A stretch of DNA of 64,000 bases from the NCBI GenBank assembly GCA_963827275.1, contig CAWHAA010000007.1, positions 224,001-288,000 on the forward strand, written 5' to 3'. Both the position numbers and the translations under genes were made by a program. Origin of the DNA: an uncultured Spirochaetota bacterium. Its GTDB lineage: Bacteria > Spirochaetota > UBA4802 > UBA5550. Shown here piece by piece: positions 49,701 through 61,562 of the stretch; position 1 is the first letter of the stretch; each line of letters opens with the position of its first letter. The notes beneath the pieces are model-generated. The model saw nothing but the letters and a program-made list of their open reading frames with translations. It made no database searches and was not told the origin of the DNA.

Positions 49701-52700
49701 GCTGCATTGAAGCCGGTCACGTCTTCGCTGAAGGTGATAGTTATCGGTATGGGCGAGGTGCCGGTGGAGGCGCCCGGGCCGGTGATGGCCACGGTTGGCG
49801 CGACGGTGTCAACATAGGTTATGCTGTACTGCGGCGCGGCGGTATTAAGATTGGAGGCGGCATCCTGTGCGACGCCGGCGTTGATATCCACGGTAACGGT
49901 GCCGTAGGCGGCCGGAAAGATATCCGCCGTGTAGTTGGCGCCGAAGCCCATGAGGTTGGACACGGAACCGTTCGTGACGGTTATGCTTCCCGCATTGAAG
50001 CCGGTCACGGCTTCGCTGAAGGTGATAGTTATCGGTATGGGCGAGGTGCCGGTAGAGGCGCCTGGTCCGGTGATAGCCACGGTCGGCGCGACGGTGTCCA
50101 CATAGGTTATGGTATATTGCGGCGCGGCAATATTGGGATTGCCGGCCGTGTCAGTGACGGCGCCGGCGTTGATATCCACGGTGACCATGCCGTAGGCTGA
50201 CGGATAGATCTCCGCCGTGTAGTTGGCGCCGAAGCCCATGAGGTTGGACACGGAACCGTTCATGACGGTTATGCTTCCCGCATTGAAGCCGGTCACATCT
50301 TCGCTGAAGGTGATAGTTATCGGTATGGGCGAGGTGCCGGTAGAGGCGCCTGGTCCGGTGATAGCGACCGTCGGGGCGACGGTGTCCACATAGGTTATGC
50401 TGTACTGCGGCGCGGCAATATTGGGATTGCCGGCCGTGTCAGTGACGGCGCCGGCGTTGATATCCACGGTGACCATGCCGTAGGCTGACGGATAGATCTC
50501 CGCCGTGTAGTTGGCGCCGGAGCCCATGAGATTGGACACTGTGCCGTTGGAAGTGATATCGGCCGCATTGAAGCCGGTCACGTCTTCGCTGAAAGTGATA
50601 GTTATCGGTATGGGCGAGGTGCCGGTAGAGGCGCCCGGGCCGGTGATGGCAACGGTCGGCGCTATCCCGTCAACGACAAAGTTTTTGTTGTCCGCCAGGT
50701 TGGTACCTGACGGCGGGGCCATGACTGCGTTGTTGCTGTAGGGGTCCTGCAGGGTGGCCGTGCCGATCAGCTCCATGCTCGCAACATTGAGATCGTTTGA
50801 TACATCGCCGGCTCCAACGGTATACGTGGCGTTCAGAGTGTTCACGTACGAGCCGGTTGGATTTATATCGACCGAAGCACCGCTGTCAAGATGGACCCGC
50901 AGCACGTCGTTCACGAAATATGCCGATTCACTCAAGGTCAGGGTGAAGGTTATTGTTTGGCCTGCCCTGAAGTATCCATCCGAGAGGCCCGAGGTTATAG
51001 TGGTTATGCGCGGGCCAGCGGTGTCCGTATGTACAGTTATTCCGGTGCTCGGCACCATCTCGTTACCGTTCATATCCTGGAATCCGCTGATATTGTAATA
51101 ACTGTTTTCTTCAATATCCTCGTTATTCAGGGTAAAGCTCCCTGTCCAGGTGTTGTTTGAAGGCTCTGCGTTCATGCTGCCTGATATATTGTAGGTTGTT
51201 CCATTTAACGTCAATGTTGGCGTGGGCGCAGGTATGGCGTTCATGGGTTCGCTGAAGGTGATGGTTACTGTGACGACCTGTCCTCTGTTGAAACCGGTCA
51301 GGAACGTTGGCGTTGCGCTGAGAGCTGTCGGCTGTTCGGTATCCACATAGGTTATGCTGTACTGCGGCGCGGCAATATTGAGATTGCCGGCTGTGTCAGT
51401 GACGGCGCCGGCGTTGATATCCACGGTGACCGTGCCATAGGCTGCCGGATAGATTTCCGCCGTGTAGTTGGCACCGAAGCCCATGAGGTTGGACACGGAA
51501 CCGTTAGTGACGGTTATGCTTCCCGCATTGAAGCCGGTCACGTCTTCGCTGAAGGTGATAGTTATCGGTATGGGCGAGGTGCCGGTAGAGGCGCCTGGTC
51601 CGGTGATAGCGACCGTCGGGGCGACGGTGTCCACATAGTTTATGCTGTACTGCGGCGCGGCAATATTGGGATTGCCGGCCGTGTCAGTGACGGCGCCGGC
51701 GTTGATATCCACGGTGACCATGCCGTAGGCGGCCGGATAGATCTCCGCCGTGTAGTTGGCGCCGAAGCCCATGAGGTTGGACACGGAACCGTTTGTGACG
51801 GTTATGCTTCCCGCATTGAAGCCGGTCACGTCTTCGCTGAAGGTGATAGTTATCGGTATGGGCGAGGTGCCGGTAGAGGCGCCTGGTCCGGTGATAGCGA
51901 CCGTCGGGGCGACGGTGTCCACATAGGTTATGCTGTACTGCGGCGCGGCAATATTGGGATTGCCGGCCGTGTCAGTGACGGCGCCGGCGTTGATATCCAC
52001 GGTGACCATGCCGTAGGCGGCCGGATAGATCTCCGCCGTGTAGTTGGCGCCGAAGCCCATGAGATTGGACACGGTGCCGTTGTGACGGTTATGCTTGCCG
52101 CATTGAAGCCGGTCACGTCTTCGCTGAAGGTGATAGTTATCGGTATGGGCGAGGTGCCGGTGGAGGCGCCCGGGCCGGTGATGGCCACGGTCGGCGCGAC
52201 GGTATCAACATAGGTTATGCTGTACTGCGGCGCGGCGGTATTAAGATTGGAGGCGGCATCCTGTGCGACGCCGGCGTTGATGTCCACGGTAACGGTGCCG
52301 TAGGCGGCCGGATAGATCTCCGCCGTGTAGTTGGCGCCGAAGCCCATGAGGTTGGACACGGTGCCGTTCGTGACGGTTATGCTTCCCGCATTGAAGCCGG
52401 TCACGTCTTCGCTGAAGGTGATAGTTATCGGTATGGGCGAGGTGCCGGTAGAGGCGCCCGGTCCGGTGATGGCGACGGTCGGCGCGACGGTGTCAACATA
52501 GGTTATGCTGTACTGCGGCGCGGCGGTATTAAGATTGGAGGCCGCATCCTGTGCGACGCCGGCGTTGATGTCCACGGTAACGGTGCCGTAAGCGGCCGGA
52601 TAGATTTCCGCCGTGTAGTTGGCGCCGAAGCCCATGAGGTTGGACACGGTACCGTTAGTGACGGTTATGCTTCCCGCATTGAAGCCGGTCACGTCTTCGC

Positions 52701-55700
52701 TGAAGGTGATAGTTATCGGTATGGGCGAGGTGCCGGTAGAGGCGCCCGGGCCGGTGATGGCCACGGTCGGCGCGACGGTGTCAACATAGGTTATGCTGTA
52801 CTGCGGCGCGGCGGTATTGGGATTGGCGGCCGCATCAGTGACGGCGCCGGCGTTGATGTCCACGGTAACGGTGCCATAGGCTGCCGGATAGATTTCCGCC
52901 GTGTAGTTGGCGCCGAAGCCCATGAGGTTGGACACGGAACCGTTCGTGACGGTTATGCTTCCCGCATTGAAGCCGGTCACGTCTTCGCTGAAGGTGATAG
53001 TTATCGGTATGGGCGAGGTGCCGGTGGAGGCGCCCGGGCCGGTGATGGCCACGGTCGGTGCGACGGTGTCAACATAGGTTATGCTGTACTGCGGCGCGGC
53101 GGTATTAAGATTGGAGGCCGCATCCTGTGCGACGCCGGCGTTGATGTCCACGGTAACGGTGCCGTAGGCGGCCGGAAAGATTTCCGCCGTGTAGTTGGCG
53201 CCGAAGCCCATGAGGTTGGACACGCTGCCGTTTGTGACGGTTATGCTTCCCGCATTGAAGCCGGTCACGTCTTCGCTGAAGGTGATAGTTATCGGTATGG
53301 GCGAGGTGCCGGTAGAGGCGCCCGGGCCGGTGATGGCCACGGTCGGCGCGACGGTGTCCACATAGGTTATGCTGTACTGCGGCGCGGCGGTATTAAGATT
53401 GGAGGCCGCATCCTGTGCGACGCCGGCGTTGATATCCACGGTAACGGTGCCGTAAGCGGCCGGATAGATATCCGCCGTGTAGTTGGCGCCGAAGCCCATG
53501 AGGTTGGACACGGAACCGTTTGTGACGGTTATGCTTGGCCGCATTGAAGCCGGTCACGTCTTCGCTGAAGGTGATCGTCACCGGGATAGGCGCAGTGCCG
53601 GTGGGATCGGGCGCCGCTGAGGTTATCGCTACCGTCGGCGGCACGATGTCGATGTAGGTTATGGAGAAGGTCGGTGCGGCAGTGTTCCAGTTCAAGGCGG
53701 CATCCTGCGCCGCATTGGCCGCAACGTCGACCGACACGGTCCCATACCCGGTCGGCGTGATGTTGGTGGTATAGACCGCGCCGGAACCAGCCAGGGTCCC
53801 CGCGGTCCCGTTCGTGACGGTTATATCGGTATTAATAAACCCGGTCACCGGCTCGCTGAAGGTGATCGTCACCGGGATAGGCGCAGTGCCGGTGGGATCG
53901 GGCGCCGCTGAGGTTATCGCTACCGTCGGCGGCACGATGTCGATGTAGGTTATGGAGAAGGTCGGTGCGGCAGTGTTCCAGTTCAAGGCGGCATCCTGCG
54001 CCGCATTGGCCGCAACGTCGACCGACACGGTCCCATACCCGGTCGGCGTGATGTTGGTGGTATAGACCGCGCCGGAACCAGCCAGGGTCCCCGCGGTCCC
54101 GTTCGTGACGGTTATATCGGTATTAATAAACCCGGTCACCGGCTCGCTGAAGGTGATCGTCACCGGGATAGGCGCAGTGCCGGTGGGATCGGGCGCCGCT
54201 GAGGTTATCGCTACCGTCGGCGGCACGATGTCGATGTAGGTTATGGAGAAGGTCGGTGCGGCAGTGTTCCAGTTCAAGGCGGCATCCTGCGCCGCATTGG
54301 CCGCAACGTCGACCGACACGGTCCCATACCCGGTCGGCGTGATGTTGGTGGTATAGACCGCGCCGGAACCAGCCAGGGTCCCCGCGGTCCCGTTCGTGAC
54401 GGTTATATCGGTATTAATAAACCCGGTCACCGGCTCGCTGAAGGTGATCGTCACCGGGATAGGCGCAGTGCCGGTGGGATCGGGCGCCGCTGAGGTTATC
54501 GCTACCGTCGGCGGCACGATGTCGATGTAGGTTATGGAGAAGGTCGGTGCGGCAGTGTTCCAGTTCAAGGCGGCATCCTGCGCCGCATTGGCCGCAACGT
54601 CGACCGACACGGTCCCATACCCGGTCGGCGTGATGTTGGTGGTATAGACCGCGCCGGAACCAGCCAGGGTCCCCGCGGTCCCGTTCGTGACGGTTATATC
54701 GGTATTAATAAACCCGGTCACCGGCTCGCTGAAGGTGATCGTCACCGGGATAGGCGCAGTGCCGGTGGGATCGGGCGCCGCTGAGGTTATCGCTACCGTC
54801 GGCGGCACGATGTCGATGTAGGTTATGGAGAAGGTCGGTGCGGCAGTGTTCCAGTTCAAGGCGGCATCCTGCGCCGCATTGGCCGCAACGTCGACCGACA
54901 CGGTCCCATACCCGGTCGGCGTGATGTTGGTGGTATAGACCGCGCCGGAACCAGCCAGGGTCCCCGCGGAACCGTTCGTGACGGTTATGCTTCCCGCATT
55001 GAAGCCGGTCACGTCTTCGCTGAAGGTGATAGTTATCGGTATGGGCGAGGTGCCGGTAGAGGCGCCCGGGCCGGTGATGGCCACGGTTGGCGCGACGGTG
55101 TCCACATAGGTTATGCTGTACTGCGGCGCGGCGGTATTTGGGTTGCCGGCCGTGTCAGTGACGGCGCCGGCGTTGATATCCACGGTGACCATGCCGTAGG
55201 CTGCCGGATAGATCTCCGCCGTGTAGTTGGCGCCGGAGCCCATGAGGTTGGACACGGAACCGTTTGTGACGGTTATGCTTCCCGCATTGAAGCCGGTCAC
55301 GTCTTCGCTGAAGGTGATAGTTATCGGTATGGGCGAGGTGCCGGTGGAGGCGCCCGGGCCGGTGATGGCAACGGTCGGTGCAACAGTATCAACATAGGTT
55401 ATGCTGTACTGCGGCGCGGCGGTATTAAGATTGGAGGCGGCATCCTGTGCGACGCCGGCGTTGATGTCCACGGTAACTGTGCCATAGGCTGCCGGATAGA
55501 TATCCGCCGTGTAGTTGGCGCCGAAGCCCATGAGGTTGGACACGGAACCGTTCGTGACGGTTATGCTTGCTGCATTGAAGCCGGTCACGTCTTCGCTGAA
55601 GGTGATAGTTATCGGTATGGGCGAGGCGCCGGTGGTGGCGCCCGGTCCGGTGATAGCCACGGTTGGTGCGATGGTGTCAACATAGGTTATGCTGTATTGC

Positions 55701-58700
55701 GGCGCAGCGGTATTAAGATTGGAGGCCGCATCCTGTGCGACGCCGGCGGCGATGTCCACGGTAACGGTGCCGTAGGCTGCCGGCATGATTTCAGCAGTGT
55801 AGTTGGCGCCGGAGCCCATGAGGTTGGACACGCTGCCGTTTGTGACGGTTATGCTTCCCGCATTGAAGCCGGTCACGTCTTCGCTGAAGGTGATAGTTAT
55901 CGGTATGGGCGAGGTGCCGGTGGAGGCGCCCGGTCCGGTGATAGCAACGGTCGGGGCAGTGCCGTCGAGAACAATGCCGGCCGGCAGGTTCGTCGGGATA
56001 CCAAAGTCAGTCATGATGTTCCCGGCCTCGTCTACAATCTGTCCGCCGCCGGATGTGGCGATGCTGACAGCCTGAAGATTGGATGAATCGTAGCCTGGTT
56101 GAACAGTGTATCCCATGCCAATGAAATTAGTTGGCCCCCATGAAGCATTGAAATTCATCACGACGTTGGTAGGCGCGGTGTTCAATGTTACGTCCATCGA
56201 CCCGCTTGCCAATCTGATAGTTTCATTAAACTGCACCTGGATAGTGATGGTCTCGCCCAGAGAGTATACGTTGTCCGCCGGCCATTTTTCCACATGGTCG
56301 ATGGTTGGCGCGGTGTTGTCGATGGTGACGCCTCCGGGAGCGGTGTCGGAGTCAAGATTGCCCGCCAGGTCGGCAACGTTTATGTTGTAGCCGACGACCT
56401 CGTTAGATCCGGACGCGACCGCGTATGTCGCCTCCCAGGTCATGCCGGTCCCGCCGCCGGTCGGATCGGTTATCGTCGCGGGATATGTCCCTATAAAAAC
56501 AGTCGGCAACGCGACCGCTTCGTCGGTGGTGAACTGCACTGTTATCGTATGGCCGTCCCGTGCGTATGTGCTGTTGATGGGGTTGCTGGACAGAAATGTC
56601 CCCGGCGTAATGTTCGGCGCTGTCGCGTCCACGGTGAAAAAGACGCTCGGACCAGCGCCGAGATCGGTGTTGCCCGCCGTGTCGGACGATGTGCCGGGGT
56701 CGATGGAGAGGCGGACCGTCCCGGTTCCCGTGCAGTTTGAAAGGGTCACCGTCGGCGCCATGGAGGCGCCGTTGGTGACGTTGAAATTACCGCAGTTTGC
56801 GCCGCCCGTGGTGCTGAGGCTGAGGTTAAGAATGGTCAGGTTTACCGTGTCTGCGCCGGAGTAGTTGACGACAAAGTCAACGCTGCCGGAGCCGTTGATC
56901 AGGGTCTGCGACGGCGTGCCGATGGAGACTTCGGGCACTGTCCGGTCAAAGGTTATGCTCGTTGAGTCCGTTGTGGCGGTCACGTTCGGCGCGGGGGTGC
57001 CCAGTAAGCTCTGGATATTTGATATTTCAAACGGGATCACGCCATCGGTATCGCCACCTGCCATTGTGTAGGTCGCCTGCCAGTTTGTGCCAAAGCCGGT
57101 CACGGAAACGCCGTCCAGCTCATCGTGCCCCGCGATCGATACGCTCGGGGCCTGTATTGCGATGTCTGATACGATTGTAAGGGTCACGATGCTCCCCGGT
57201 ATCGCGTACAGGGGGTTGCCATTGCTGGATGAGATTGATACTGTGGTCAGCTGCGGCGGCACTGTCCCGTGCAGGTAGGTAACTTCGTCGCCGTACGCGG
57301 TCCCCGCGCCATTGATGGCGTATGCCCTGACGTGATAGGTGGTCCCGGCAAGAAGAGTTGTCATGGTCGAGGTAAAGGCGCCGGTTCCGCCCGGTCCATC
57401 AGTGGTGCAGCTGTCGCCTGTCGTGGGGCTGCCGGTTAAGTTCCAGCACACGCCGCGCTGCGTGATGGCGCCGCCGCCTGTGTCCGTGATAGTGCCGCCG
57501 GTGTCAGCCTGGGTGAGTGTGCTGTACACCGGAAGGGTCGTGGTCAGCGTCACCAATTGCGGATTGACGGTGATGTTGATGTCAAAGCTCTGTGAACCGC
57601 CGGAGTTGCCGGCGGTAACGGTGTAAACGGTCGCGACCTGTTCCGCCGCAGGCACGCCGGTGATCTCTCCCGTGGAAGGATTCAGGGTCATACCGGTTGG
57701 GAGGGGCGGCATGACGGAAAATGCAAGCGGATAGGCATAGGTCGTCGGGTCAAGTGTCGGCATTATGTTAATGCCGATACCAACTACCAGGTTCTGCGGC
57801 GAGGCATAGGAAAGCCCTGCCAGCGGCGGATAATTCGTTGTAAAGGTCACTTCGGCGCCGTAGGAGGTGCCGCCCGCGTTGGTTGAGTACGCGCGGACAT
57901 AATACATGGTATTGGGCGTGAGGCCGGCGATGCTGCTCGCGTAGGTGCCGGTAGTGTTGCCGTCGGAGGTACGGCTGTCCGCGATAGTCGGATTGCCTGC
58001 CGTGTTCCAGCATGTCCCCCGTTCGGTTATGGCCGCGCCGCCTCCGTCGGTGATGGTGCCGCCCGATGTCGCGGTCGTGTCAGTGACGGAAGAAGGCGCC
58101 GCGGTGGAAACCTCCGCAAGGGTGGTGAACATGATCTGGTTGCCGTACGCGGTGCCGCTCGCGTTGGTGGCGTAGGCGCGCACATAATAGAGCGTGTTGG
58201 AGGTGAGCCCAGTGATATTGCTGGTGAATATACCGGTGCCGCTTCCGTCAGAGGTCAGGTTGTCGGAGATTGTCGGCGAGCCTGACGTGTTCCAGCAGAC
58301 GCCGCGGGCGGTAACGGCCGTACCCCCGGCCGATGTTATATTTCCACCGGACGTGGCGGAAGTGTCGGTTATTGACACGGCCGCTGTCGTGGAGAGCGTG
58401 GGGAGCGTCGCGTCGTTATAGGTGACGCCGGTGCTGGCCGCGGCGCCGCTGTTGCCGGCCATGTCGGCCCCGGAGAACTGCACTGAATATATGGTCCCGC
58501 TGTTCAGCGTTATAGTGCCGAGGGTGAGATTGTGCACGCCGGTGGTCAGCTCAGTGCCGGAGAGCGCGTACGTATGGACTGCTGGGGCCCCCGCCGGGTC
58601 GTCGTTGCCGCCGGTTTCCGTCCAGGTAATCGAGCCGGAAGCGCAGGCCTCGGACAGTCTATAGGCAACGTTGTAGTCGCTTGTAACCGAGTTGGACGCG

Positions 58701-59758
58701 GGTGATATGCCCGAGAAGCCGGGCGCGGTCCTGTCAAAGACTATCCCCGGCGTTCCGGTGATGTCCGCCGCTGCGTTTCCCGCCAGGTCCCGCAGGTTGG
58801 ATATCGCATAGCTTATCTGGCCTTCCGCATCCGAGTCCAGCATGACGCGCGTGGTGTTCCAGTCGGTTGTGGGGCCCGTCACGGTGGACGCGCTTCCTGA
58901 CACGGTGACCGTCGGCGTCTGGATCGTCTCGTTCGTCTGGAAATTGATGATGATGGTGTCGCCCGTTCTCGCGTATGTGGGGATCGCGTTGGTGCTGGTT
59001 ATCAATTGCATGGTCACGGAGGGCGCGGTCATGTCGAAGGTGACCGAACTCCCATCGTCCACCGTGGTTTCGTTCGCCGCGGTGTTCCCGGCGAGGTCCT
59101 GTATGCCTGAAATCTCGAAGGTGACCTGGACTTCGGGATCGGTATTGGTCATGACATATGACGCGGCCCAGTTCACCGGCCCGCCGGATATGGTAGCTGT
59201 GTGCCCGTTGATGGTCGCCGCTGGCATCAGCAGCTCCTCGCCCGCGGTAAAGCTGACGGTGACCCTGCTGCCGACACGCGCGTAGTCGGGATTGGTATTG
59301 TTGGAGTGTATTGAGGCCGTTATCGGGTTCACGGCACTGTCGTAAATCACGGTTGATGGCGGGATGTAGCCGGTAGGCTCGCTGTCCGGCTTCAATGCAG
59401 CGCCGTCGGCAACACCGATGGTGATCTGCCCGTCGGCGGTCGGGGTTATGGTGATCGTGTACGTGGTGCCGTCGGCGCCGACCGGCGTTATGGATGTCAC
59501 GGTGGCGCTGCCGGTGCCGCCGATAATGATGTCGCTAATATCAAAGCCGGTGACCGGTTCGCCGAATGTGATGGTAAAGGTGATGGTCGGGTCATTTGTC
59601 GGCCCGGTAACGCTGGAGGTGATAACCGCGTCGTACGCGTTGAATAGCGTGATGAAACTTAAGAGATTATCTTTAGACTTATTGTCATAAATGCCGCCCC
59701 GCATACAGGAAGTGGAGGCCAAAACGAGCAGAAACAGCGACATTATTATTTTTTTCAT
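46754..59758 (-). CDS. giant repetitive Ig-like surface lipoprotein/adhesin (~4,330 aa); two compensating frameshifts (~53537, ~52081)
   Basis: ORFs 53393..59758, 51928..53544 and 46754..52072 join into one gene. It has a lipobox (LASTSC), FN3-like 'SGG.IT...RGVCW' units and a He_PIG-like Ig domain. These are followed by 21 Big-type 96-97 aa repeats, 4 ASH/choice-of-anchor-D domains and a C-terminal beta-propeller. Confidence 0.88.
49240..50672 (-). repeat. five tandem ~288-bp type-A Ig-like repeats
   Basis: VDTVAPTVAITGPGASTGTSPIPITITFSEDVTGFNAG... units. The period of 288 bp is seen, for example, at 49251/49539. Confidence 0.9.
51342..55967 (-). repeat. 16 tandem Ig-like repeats: 3 A + A/B hybrid + 4 B (291 bp) + B/A hybrid + 7 A
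   Basis: B units (IDIVPPTVAITSAAPDPTGTAP...) recur at 53581, 53872, 54163, 54454 and 54745. A units are 288 bp. Confidence 0.9.
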
Positions 59759-59838
59759 AAAAATAATCCTTAAATATAAATGAGATGAATATGAAAAATA
59801 AAATAATAAAATGCCGCAGTCAAATAATAATATAATAA

Positions 59839-59867
59839 AAGTTACATAATTTTATTCCTTTTGTCAA
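59839..59867 (-). promoter_or_regulatory. sigma70-type promoter for giant adhesin
   Basis: Minus-strand TTGACA-N17-TAACTT in an AT-rich leader, about 80 bp upstream of the ATG. Confidence 0.55.
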
Positions 59868-59943
59868 AGTAAAAAATAGCCTGAACAGGTTATTTTTAGA
59901 AATTAATAATGTATACAATATTTAAATAATGTACAAAATATAT

Positions 59944-60486
59944 TTATTTAATCACAAACGTCCTGAGGACCATTATACCCTTATCGTTCTTGTACTCATA
60001 GTTCTTCTTGGTGTTTTTATCTTCCAGGCGTACATTAACGAAATTATCGCTGATCTTTGATGATACCAGGGTAAGGTTTTTTTTCTTTATGCTGAACCTG
60101 TCTTCAATCATTTTTTTGATCGACTCAATGTTGTGCTGATAGGCGCTTTCATTTCTTATGATGCTCTTTGCGTATTTCGGCGCAATCAGGTTCAGGATGA
60201 TATCGCTTTCAATTTTAAATGCCATGTCCTGATCGCCGTCCGACATCTCGACCGTGAAGGACTGTGTCTCCGATGCCGCGCCTTCGAGCTCCTGCGAGAG
60301 GGAATAGCGGATTTCAATGCTGTAATGGTCGCCATGATTCTGCTGGAGCCATGTATGCAGGGCGTCCTTTATCTCCTTGATCTCCCTGTCGGAGAACTTG
60401 AACCCGAGCTGGAACCGGATCTCCTGGACCAGTTCCGATCTGATTTTAAGAAAAATTCGCTTGTAGATGGTAATTGAGAAAACCAT
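59944..60486 (-). CDS. hypothetical protein
   Basis: 180-aa ORF with a GGAGG RBS. No family was recognised. Confidence 0.7.
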   Translation of the reverse strand: MVFSITIYKRIFLKIRSELVQEIRFQLGFKFSDREIKEIKDALHTWLQQNHGDHYSIEIRYSLSQELEGAASETQSFTVEMSDGDQDMAFKIESDIILNLIAPKYAKSIIRNESAYQHNIESIKKMIEDRFSIKKKNLTLVSSKISDNFVNVRLEDKNTKKNYEYKNDKGIMVLRTFVIK

Positions 60487-60539
60487 GGTTCTTCAAACCT
60501 CCATTGTGCTGTTGGTATGCCGCGATCGCGGCGGCCGCG

Positions 60540-61400
60540 TCAAAGCTTCTCCCACCGGTCTGTGTTATACATCATTTTTATCTGCAGAAGCACGTGGTCG
60601 GCATTGTCGGGGCTCAGCGGGGGCGATACCATCATCCGGACATAGGGGTCGTGCCGCTTTACCTGGATGAGGGCCTCCTTGTCCCTGGTGGTCACGGTAT
60701 CGCCGATGACAATCAGCTTTGCGTTGGTCTTGATATATTCCTCCAGCAGCCTGTCGGGCGAGTTGACGCGGTGGATATCGGTGTTGGGGATGAAATCGGG
60801 AGAGACCTCGAACTTTTTGTCGTACCGGTGCGCGAGCATCATGCCGAGGAGGTCCATCTTCCGGCGGTACCCTGATTCGTCCACGAATTCTTCTGATTTT
60901 ATTGTGCCACAGACGATGATGCCGATTTCTGAATCACGGAGAAAAAACTTCTCCTGGCCGTCTATGTAGATCCTGTTTGCCTTCCATTTCTGCGCATCAA
61001 GCTTCTCGTCGTGCCGGAACACGATTTCCTTCATCGCGGTCTTGCGGTCGCTCCGGTACACGTCCCCGACGACGTAGAGGAAGCGCTTGCGCCTCGACTG
61101 CGCGTTTGCCAGGTCCAGCTCTTCAAGGATGCGGTTCATGGCCCCGTAGTCGACCCAGCGGACCGGCCGTCGGTAATCGCCCGGGAACTCCCTGGTAAGG
61201 TATTCATACAGGGTAACGTTGTACCGTATCTCGATCTCCTTGACGCCGGACTTGATCAGGTGGTTTACATCGAGGAGCAGCACCTCGCTCCCGGCCTTGA
61301 ACTTTTTGCCCTCTATGGCGACATCCGAGTAATAGACGCAGCTGAATTCATCAATGTATTTGTTGATGAGGTAGAGAAGTTTTTTTGTTTCAATTTTCAT
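60540..61400 (-). CDS. hypothetical protein (possible degenerate receiver-like C-terminus)
   Basis: 286 aa starting at MKIETKK, with coding-like bias. The C-terminal 'AKLIVIGD...DPYVRMMV' has an alpha/beta pattern. Confidence 0.7.
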   Translation of the reverse strand: MKIETKKLLYLINKYIDEFSCVYYSDVAIEGKKFKAGSEVLLLDVNHLIKSGVKEIEIRYNVTLYEYLTREFPGDYRRPVRWVDYGAMNRILEELDLANAQSRRKRFLYVVGDVYRSDRKTAMKEIVFRHDEKLDAQKWKANRIYIDGQEKFFLRDSEIGIIVCGTIKSEEFVDESGYRRKMDLLGMMLAHRYDKKFEVSPDFIPNTDIHRVNSPDRLLEEYIKTNAKLIVIGDTVTTRDKEALIQVKRHDPYVRMMVSPPLSPDNADHVLLQIKMMYNTDRWEKL

Positions 61401-61562
61401 CGCATACCGGGCATGCGGCCGCATTCAGGCCCGCCGGGGAAGTATGCAATCCGGGGGGGATAAAATCAAATCATTTTTCGGTTACGGACCAAATAGGGGG
61501 TTGGATATAATTAATTGAAAAGACAGGGTGCGCCGGCAGGTGAGGTCCCTGCCGGTGCCGAG

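Noticed and set aside
52070..53545. Programmed ribosomal frameshifting or phase variation in the giant adhesin
   Set aside because: The indels are not in homopolymer or slippery heptamer sites and are absent from identical sister repeats. The window has other apparent consensus errors, so an artefact is more likely.
49240..55967. Tandem repeats as a CRISPR array or DGR template/variable repeats
   Set aside because: The units are 288/291 bp, in frame and protein-coding, with no unique spacers. There are no cas genes or reverse transcriptase, and no adenine-specific variation pattern.
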